This document shows positions 56,155-64,000 of a stretch of DNA of 64,000 nt, one piece after another (the first letter of the stretch is position 1; the number at the start of each line of letters is the position of its first letter). The notes below the pieces were generated by a model. It was not told the origin of the DNA, made no database searches, and was given only the letters and a program-made list of their open reading frames with translations. The translations under genes and the position numbers were made by a program. This stretch comes from Octopus vulgaris (lineage: Eukaryota): the NCBI GenBank assembly GCA_951406725.2, contig OX597816.1:104222001-104286000 (forward strand). The letters run 5' to 3'.

Positions 56155-57431
56155 CGAGGGGCGTTCAATAAGTAATGCCCCTGACCCACTTCCCATAGTA
56201 GTAGAGCAACAAAACTCGGCACAGGTATTAGTATTTTTCTACACTCAGAGTTACGCATTTCTCCCATCGTTTGATGCAGCTCTGGATACCGTTTTTGTAG
56301 AAGACCCCAGGTTGGTCCTCCAACCACGACGTGACTTCAGAAATCAAGGCTGCATCATCTGGTAAACGCTTTCCTTTCAAAAACAACTTCATGGGTGGGA
56401 AGAGGTGAAAATCAGAGGGTGCAAGATCAGGAGAGTAGGGGGATGGGGGAGAAGTTCATAGCCGCATTCCTGTGCTTTTGATCTGGCGACACGCGAGTTG
56501 TGGACCGGAGCGTTGTCCTGCAGGAGGAGGATGCCTTTGCTGATATTGCCCCGCTTCTTGATTTTGATAGCTTCTCTTAATTTCCTCAAAAGTGAAGCAT
56601 AATAGGCTCCTGTAATTGTGGTACCCTTTGCCAGAAAATATGTCATCACTACTCCGCCCTGGTCCCAGAAGACTGTGAGCGTGACCTTGCCAGCGGAGGG
56701 CTGCACCCTTGCCTTCTTTGGAGGGGGTGAGTCACTGCGCTTCCACTGCATTGACTGAGCTTTGGTCTCTGGATCATAGTGATGGACCCAGGTTTCATCC
56801 TGTGTAAACAGTCTTGAAATATTTTGACTCATCTTGGCACATCTCCAAATTTATCCACGAGCATTCGACGCGTTCTTGCTTCTGGAAAGGTGTGAGCAGC
56901 CTGGGAATCCATCTGGCACACACCTTTTGCATATGTAAATGGTCATGAATGATAGTTTCCACAGACCCAGTACTAATCTTGACTTCATGGGCTATTTGGC
57001 GAATAGTTATGCGTCGATCTTCCAAAATGGCAGCCTCAACTTGACGGACAGATGCCTCATCAATGGCAGAAGGGGGCGACCAGATCTGGGAGCTGTTTCC
57101 ACAGAGTTCCGACCAAGTTTGAATTCACGATGCCAGCGTTTTACAAGGTAATATGATGGGGCATCATCACCATAAGTTACTTTAATTTCATCAAAAGTCT
57201 CCCGTGGTGTGCGCCCTTTCAAATACAAAAACCGGATCACAGCTCGACACTCAACAGGCTCCATTTCACACCTGACTCAGTTCAAACACCTGTAAATCAG
57301 AAACCTCAATTAGTTCAGAGCTGTAATTTCCTACTTAATCTGTAGAGATATAAATGATTGCACATGCAACATTTCAGCTAGATCAAACAACTGCAATTGG
57401 GTCAGGGGCATTACTTATTGAACGCCCCTCG
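56155..57431 (-). mobile_element. Full-length mariner (DD34D), 1277 bp
   Basis: Perfect 34-bp TIRs CGAGGGGCGTTCAATAAGTAATGCCCCTGACCCA (56155-56188 / 57398-57431); TA duplication at 56153-54 and 57432-33. Confidence 0.96.
56228..57264 (-). pseudogene. Mariner transposase, at least three frameshifts
   Basis: HTH region ..RSGRP, WIPRLL, TQDETWVH, QDNAPVH, YSPDLAPSD; 34 residues between the second and third Asp. Confidence 0.94.
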
Positions 57432-57433
57432 TA

Positions 57434-58308
57434 AATATGAAGAAGAAGAAGGAGAAGAAGATGAAGAAACAACAAAAGCTATAAAACAAATGAAATCCAA
57501 ACTAAAAATAGAACAGCAAAGAACCATGATAAAACGATGGCAAGAAAAGCCCCTTCATGGTAAATACTGGACTAAACTAAACGCAAACGAAATAGACAAA
57601 GAAAAATTCCAGCAATGGTTGAGAACCTCAGGACTCAAAGCAGAGACAGAGGGATTTTTAATTGCAGCAAAAGACCAAAGCCTCCCCACCAGAAATTACC
57701 AAAAACATGTAATGAAAAGAAATTTAACAAGTAACTGCAGAATATGTGGAGATGGACAAGAAACAATAAATCATATTATCTCTAGCTGCCCAGTCCTGGC
57801 TAAGAAGGAATATATTCACAGACATGACAGAGTTGGAACCTACATACACTGGAAGCTATGCCAACATTATGGAATAACAACAGAAAAAAGATGGTATAGG
57901 CACACACCAGAAAAGGTCACAGAAAACGAGAAAGCAACCATACTCTGGGATATGCCGATACACACAGATAGAGAAATTAAGGCCAACAGACCAGATATAG
58001 TTGTCAGAGATCATGAAGAAAGAAAAAAATGCTTTCTAATTGATGTATCAATACCGGCAGATGACAACGTGTCTCTAAAAGAAATGGAGAAACTCTCAAA
58101 ATACAAAGACCTGGAAATAGAGGTAACTAGAATGTGGAATCTGAAAACAGAAACAATTCCTATCATAGTAGGTGCATTAGGCATGATAAAAAAATATTCA
58201 GACAAATACATAACAAAAACACCAGGACTTACAAACACATATAACATACAGAAAATTGCACTACTAGGCACTGCACACATCCTACGCAGAACACTTTCCA
58301 TACAATAA
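57434..58308 (+). pseudogene. Dong/R4 C-terminus: CCHC zinc knuckle + restriction-like endonuclease (frame open)
   Basis: ORF 57397-58308; its first 12 codons come from the mariner TIR. Confidence 0.92.
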
Positions 58309-58402
58309 CCATCAGAGCATCACAACAAATCACAGCACATACCCAAGGCACACAGAGCTGCGCTCGGTAGTGAAGTGAAAGTACGCTATAAAAATAAAAC
58401 TA

Positions 58403-58596
<194 letters not shown>

Positions 58597-59909
58597 AATA
58601 TAGTGAATGATAATGATAGAGCGAATTAAACGAATAAATTGAATGAGATGATAACTACAACGAAGATGGTTAAATCGATGACGACGACAACGCAAACGAG
58701 GACGACGACGTAAGTGGTGATGGTGGCGATGGAAACAGTCATAAATAAACAGTTACTGCTCTGATTAACAATAAATAAATGTGATGTAAAAGTACTATGT
58801 TGCTGCACAATATATTAAGAATATGTTAATTTTAGGTTTTAGAAAACAAGACAAAGAACCTATATGATTGTTTTTACTTCATTTCGGTGTTTGAAATAGT
58901 TCGATATATTCAGTGTGTTTCATATTTTAGGACCATAGGTTTCTATACATCGTTTCTGGTACAGCTTGAAGCAGTTTCAGCGTATTATCTACAAGTAAGT
59001 ACTAAGAAGCAAAAGAAAAAAAGAAAGAAAGAAAGAAAATAAGAAAAAGAAATATATACATATATATAAAGAAACAGAGACTATTATAAATGGATGTTCG
59101 TTGTATTAAGTGTAATATTTCGTTATACAATCTGGGTAGATGAAAAATATTTCTGAGAAAAAGCTTCATTCAAGATGCTCTTGATTCTGTAGATGCAACT
59201 GTCTATTATTTGCTTATGTGGATCATTAATATCCTCGACATCATGTTATTAATCGACGAAGGATGTATTTAGTAACTCGTCCTATTAGAAATGGCTGTCA
59301 AATCTCCTTGAAATCACACCATATCTTTTTTCTTTCTCTCTCTCTTTCTTTCTTTCTTTCTTCCTTTCTTACTTCCAATCTTTATTTTTCTTTCTTTCAT
59401 TCTTTCTTTCTTTCTTTCTTTCTTTCTAAACAAACGTAGTATATATTCCAAAAGGGCTCCTAAAATTACTAGACGATCCTTCGTTGTGGTTTGTCCATGG
59501 GATCTATTTAAACAGAGGATAAATGTATGCATATATGAAGTTATTTACATTCTGTTACACACAGGCACACATACACATAATATATATGTAATACTTTTAG
59601 CCTATGTCTAAATGCCTCGTTCGGAAGCAGATAAGGGAGAGCAACTGCTATACTGAGACTGTTGAGGCAGACGCGTGTTCACAGTTTTACTCTTGTCTCC
59701 ACACACTGAGGGTTTTTTAATGGCATAGCAATTTCGGAGAACTTTTAATTGTTGTGATTAACTCCCTTTTTATTTAGAGTTGTCTCAATCATAACCAAGC
59801 ATTGTACTATATTGCACACTATTTACTCTAGAAGCGGAAATAGCTTCAATAATTCAAGTAGTTACCTTATATAGTATTTAATACACACCTGTTCGTATTA
59901 CATACATAG

Positions 59910-59956
<47 letters not shown>

Positions 59957-60001
59957 CTCTCTCTCACACATACACACGCTCATACACACCACACACATAT
60001 G

Positions 60002-60045
<44 letters not shown>

Positions 60046-60370
60046 TGTGTGTAAATAAGTAATTTTTCCTGTTTTTAGTTTACGAATTTCTTACAAATGA
60101 TAAAAGAAACAGATGCTAACCAGGAAACAGGTCGTTTGTTGCAATTTTGACAACATGACTAAACATGAAATACTATTGGAACATACATACCATATACAAG
60201 AAAGTTTTTTAGCACTTCTATTCACCACTTTCCTCGAATAATAGAAATGCAACTACAATATCTTTATATATTTTATATTTTATTTCTTATTTCCATTCTC
60301 TTATTTCTATCTATATTCCCTATCTCCTCCATTTTTCGAACTCAAATATTTACCGCTATTTAACCATTTC

Positions 60371-60428
60371 ATATCGTCTCTGATGAAGGGATATCCATAA
60401 TATCTCAGAAACATCTGTAAGACTATAT
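60371..60428 (+). ncRNA. Minimal type I hammerhead ribozyme, near intact
   Basis: atat-c-gtct-CTGATGA-agggatat-ccata-atatctca-GAAA-C-ATCT-G-TA-agac-t-atat. Core intact; first pair of stem II is an A-A mismatch. Confidence 0.75.
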
Positions 60429-60519
60429 CTATATCTTTTTTCTCATAAATGTCCTGAAAACTACTCACAGCCTTGGCTTTCTTATCTCATTTCCTCTAAT
60501 ATATATATATATATATATA

Positions 60520-60965
60520 TTTCTAGTTTCAGCTCAGAGCTGCGGCCATGCTGATGCACCGCCGTTTTGTGCTACACTGTTATTACGACGAACCTCGTCT
60601 AATATGTGGCACTTGGTCAAGAATGGAGTTTGATATAAGCTACTCTCATTTGCACCTCTTGCCATGAGGTAGGTTCATCTGGGACTCTTGACAGGAAGAT
60701 GTCCAGCTTTGATTTAAAAACCGCTATATCTACTTTATGCAGGTTCCTCAGACTCTTTGGGAGAATATTAAAAGGCTGTGGGCCCTTGAAACCCAGACTG
60801 TTGCAGAAGCTGGTCCTGAAGCGTGCTGGCATTGCTGGGATCTTTGGCACTATGCAGTGTCGTCCCGTTCTAGCATTGGTGTAGCTTACAATGCCAAAAT
60901 TTGGCACAATTCCTTCCAGGATCTTCCAGACATATATTACTGCATACCTCTCCCGTCTTCTCTAT
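60520..60965 (-). mobile_element. 3' end of a CR1-group LINE
   Basis: RRRERYAVIYVWKILEGIVPNFG..RTGRHC..GPQPFNILPKSLRN..FKSKLDIFLSRVPDEP; 3' UTR ends GGCGGTGCATCAGCATGGCCGCAGCTCTGAGCTGAAACTAGAAA. Confidence 0.85.
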
Positions 60966-61135
60966 AACGTGAATTGATCGAAATACAGAGTAGAAAAACG
61001 GCCGACAACTGATGAAGGGGCGTTCTTTATGTTGCTTGTCTTCTTTTCCATTTGTTTCTTTCAGTGTTCGCAAAAAATGTTCGTATTTTATGTTGTTTAC
61101 GTTCCATGACGTCCTATAGCCATTGATGCATCTGT
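60966..61135 (+). mobile_element. Fragment of the same repeat family as 33049-33530
   Basis: ACAACTGATGAAGGGG..TTTATGTTGCTTGTC..GTTCGCAAAAAATGTTCG..GTCCT.TA.CCAT.ATGCAT aligns with the minus strand of 33150-33310. Confidence 0.6.
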
Positions 61136-61175
61136 ATATATATATGTATGTATGCATCTATTTACATATATTATT

Positions 61176-61215
<40 letters not shown>

Positions 61216-61242
61216 TTATATATATATGTATTTATATATACA

Positions 61243-61291
<49 letters not shown>

Positions 61292-61309
61292 GTATTTATA
61301 TATACATAC

Positions 61310-61342
<33 letters not shown>

Positions 61343-61462
61343 CACACATGTATTGATATATAAATATATACAGATAGCTATAGATATAGATACATACATA
61401 CATACATACTACATACATACATACATACATGCATACATAAATGCATACATACATATATATGC

Positions 61463-61521
<59 letters not shown>

Positions 61522-64000
61522 CTCACACACACAGCGAAAGAAGAAGAGAGAGAGGGAGAGGAAAGGAAAGGAAAGCTAAAGAATCCAAATTTTATATAAT
61601 AGCTTAGTTATTAACAATACAAGCAACGATCTATTAATAAAGTTATGGATGCAAAGAAAGTGAGAATTGAATATCGCAAAAAATCTTTGCTTGGGGGATT
61701 TCATTTGCGATGGGAAGTGTAAAACCCCGGAGGGAATCGAAATAAAAATACATAGCTGAAAATACTTAAGAGCCACGTTATCGTTGAGCTTCTAATACTT
61801 TGAAATATCGTATTGAGAAAACAAAACCTTTCAACTAAAATAGCGAAAGCTAAATGAAATGTGAAAATGAAGACTATACAATAAAATGTAAAATACATAG
61901 AATAATTAAAATTAATGTTAAAAATGAAAGGATGCAAATATAATTTAAAATTTCCGCAATAATGAAAGGATAAAGTTTTAATAAAATGTGATTTTGTTCT
62001 CCATAATTATGTTATAAACCTTATTGTAAAAGAACTGCAGGAAGTATAGAATATGATTCGAAAATATCGTTTGACGTAGCCAGTTACTGATGATTGAAAT
62101 AATCAATAATTTCCTTAATCGTGTGTTGTTTAAATGCATGCATTTTGATCAATGACATTCGTAAGGAGACATCTGTACTAATTTCTGTCAACCAGCATGT
62201 ATTTCTTCTGTATACGAACAAACGAGAGGAGGGCTTCTACGTGGTCACTAACGTGCTCGAAACAAAAGCCAAATCCTAGTCATACCACACCTCATGCCTG
62301 TAAATAAGTTTAAAGACGTATTAGTTAGTGCAGTCTAAATACAATATATCAGAATATAAAAGAAGCACTGCTCGTGTATGGAACACCTTTGATAATGGAT
62401 GAACTCGATCAGTACTTATATGGTATTATAACATTAAGTATATAATTTTTTACGTTGTTGATATAAATTTAAATTTTCTATATCATAAAATTTCTAACCT
62501 CGTCATTAATCTTGACTCCCTAGTCAGGTGGTCAGTATATTCATAGCAATTTTTGTAATTTTCTTATTTGAAGATAACATTTTTAACATTTTCCTACACG
62601 GACAGTATGTAAAGTAAAGCACGGTATTCTGAGTGGATACTGTCCCAGAGTGCATAAGTTAAAGCTCATGTATAACAGATGCTATAAAACAAATTGCCAA
62701 GTTTTCTAAAGAAATTATTTTATATAAAAACAGTAAAAGAGAAGTAAACTTGAAATTGTTGTTTCAATTAAACAAATATACACATATTTCACAGGGTTGA
62801 AACTTCCATAAATTTCCACTACAATATGTGGTTTTAGATAAAATACAAAGCGCATTACCGCACAAATATAGAAGCACTACCAATAATCATATTAAGTATA
62901 CTGCAACGAGTACTAAACATAAACATTGTATTTTAATTATAGTATCCGTTCTTTTATCATTTATTTGTTTCTCCATTAGTCCATCATTAATCACAAATTT
63001 GGATAAAAGCGATAGTACAACTTACTTTCCGTTACAAAATTTTTAATATCATTGTCGTAATTCTTCACAATAATCAATGCAATTTTTGCTTTCAGCTTTA
63101 AGAAAAATCATTAACGGTTATTAACAATATTGACTACAAATATGTTTCTAAATTTACATAAAACATTGATGAAATATAAATAAATATATAATAAAATATA
63201 TACGAAAACTATATATAATATAAATATATGTAATAACACACACACACAGAGATATATGAAATATATCTAGTGATAATCTTTTTAATTGTAATCAGTGTTT
63301 ATCTAAACTAAAGTCGGAAAATTTTCGCGAGATTTGTGAAGCATTTAGGAATTGCTTTAGGTCAGAGTTATGTTAGAGTGTGTTTATAAAGAGATTCAAA
63401 TGGCTTTCTAAATTGTGGCTTAAGATCGCAAATAAAGAGGGGTGCAAATTGTAAGAGAGTTGGGCAAGATTAGTTGCTATAACCTTGGGATCAGTAGAGA
63501 GTTTGGTGGAAACATTAAATTAAAATGGAAGACGGAAGTTTTCATTCAGTGGTGAAAATGACTAGCTTAACTCTAGAGTTGTCAAGAATTTTGGTTCAGA
63601 GTCTGGGAGAGATTTAATTTTCAGAAAACCTGAGGTTATAGAATATATTAAAGAATTGCATGCTAGATAACTTGTGGTACGAAACTGAAGTGAATTACGT
63701 GGTGCTAATTAAAAAAATTCTGTTATGGCATTCGATGTATATTTTAAGAATAATAACTCATACCAGCAATGTTAGTGGCTATTAATGTGCTAGTATGCAA
63801 ATTAGTAGAAGAAGTATGTAATAATAAAGTTAAGAAAGAGAACAAAATTATTCCCAAATTACATAAAATGCATAGTAGAAGATTTAATATTGGGACTGGG
63901 AAGTAGGATATATAAGTAACTGTTTTCTTTATGCAGCATTGATTGTGGTTTGGTCAGCATTTACAAAATTACTACAGAATAATTCATAATAATTTAGGTG

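Noticed and set aside
60975-61025. GAAA...GTA...CTGATGA as a type II hammerhead
   Set aside because: Stems I and II cannot be paired; at most two half-motifs cut by the neighbouring LINE.

Overview
AT-rich, microsatellite-dense animal genomic DNA. The SINE families and repeat landscape look like an Octopus/coleoid cephalopod genome (recognised from memory, not searched). I found no convincing host protein-coding exon; nearly all listed ORFs are microsatellite artefacts or transposon debris. Main contents: (1) a near full-length but decayed RTE-clade LINE (~9.5-12.9 kb) nested in a probable non-autonomous Helitron (9156-15548); (2) a head-to-tail stack of four R4/Dong-type restriction-like-endonuclease (RLE) LINEs (50.8-58.4 kb) associated with (TAA)n, the last one full-length and interrupted by a 1277-bp DD34D mariner whose removal restores the reading frame; (3) a further RLE-LINE fragment, absent from the ORF track, bordered by (CATA)n; (4) Penelope-like element (PLE) remnants (GIY-YIG domain at 27.1 kb, RT at 42.8 kb) and five hammerhead-ribozyme motifs, one with an intact core (37.7 kb, minus strand); (5) CR1-like LINE 3' ends sharing their tail with a SINE; (6) several tRNA-SINE families, MITEs, deleted mariner/maT elements, fold-back inversions and a circularly permuted duplication. 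I saw no wholly new gene system. The best leads are the ribozyme set, the microsatellite-targeting RLE LINEs and the multimeric SINE.
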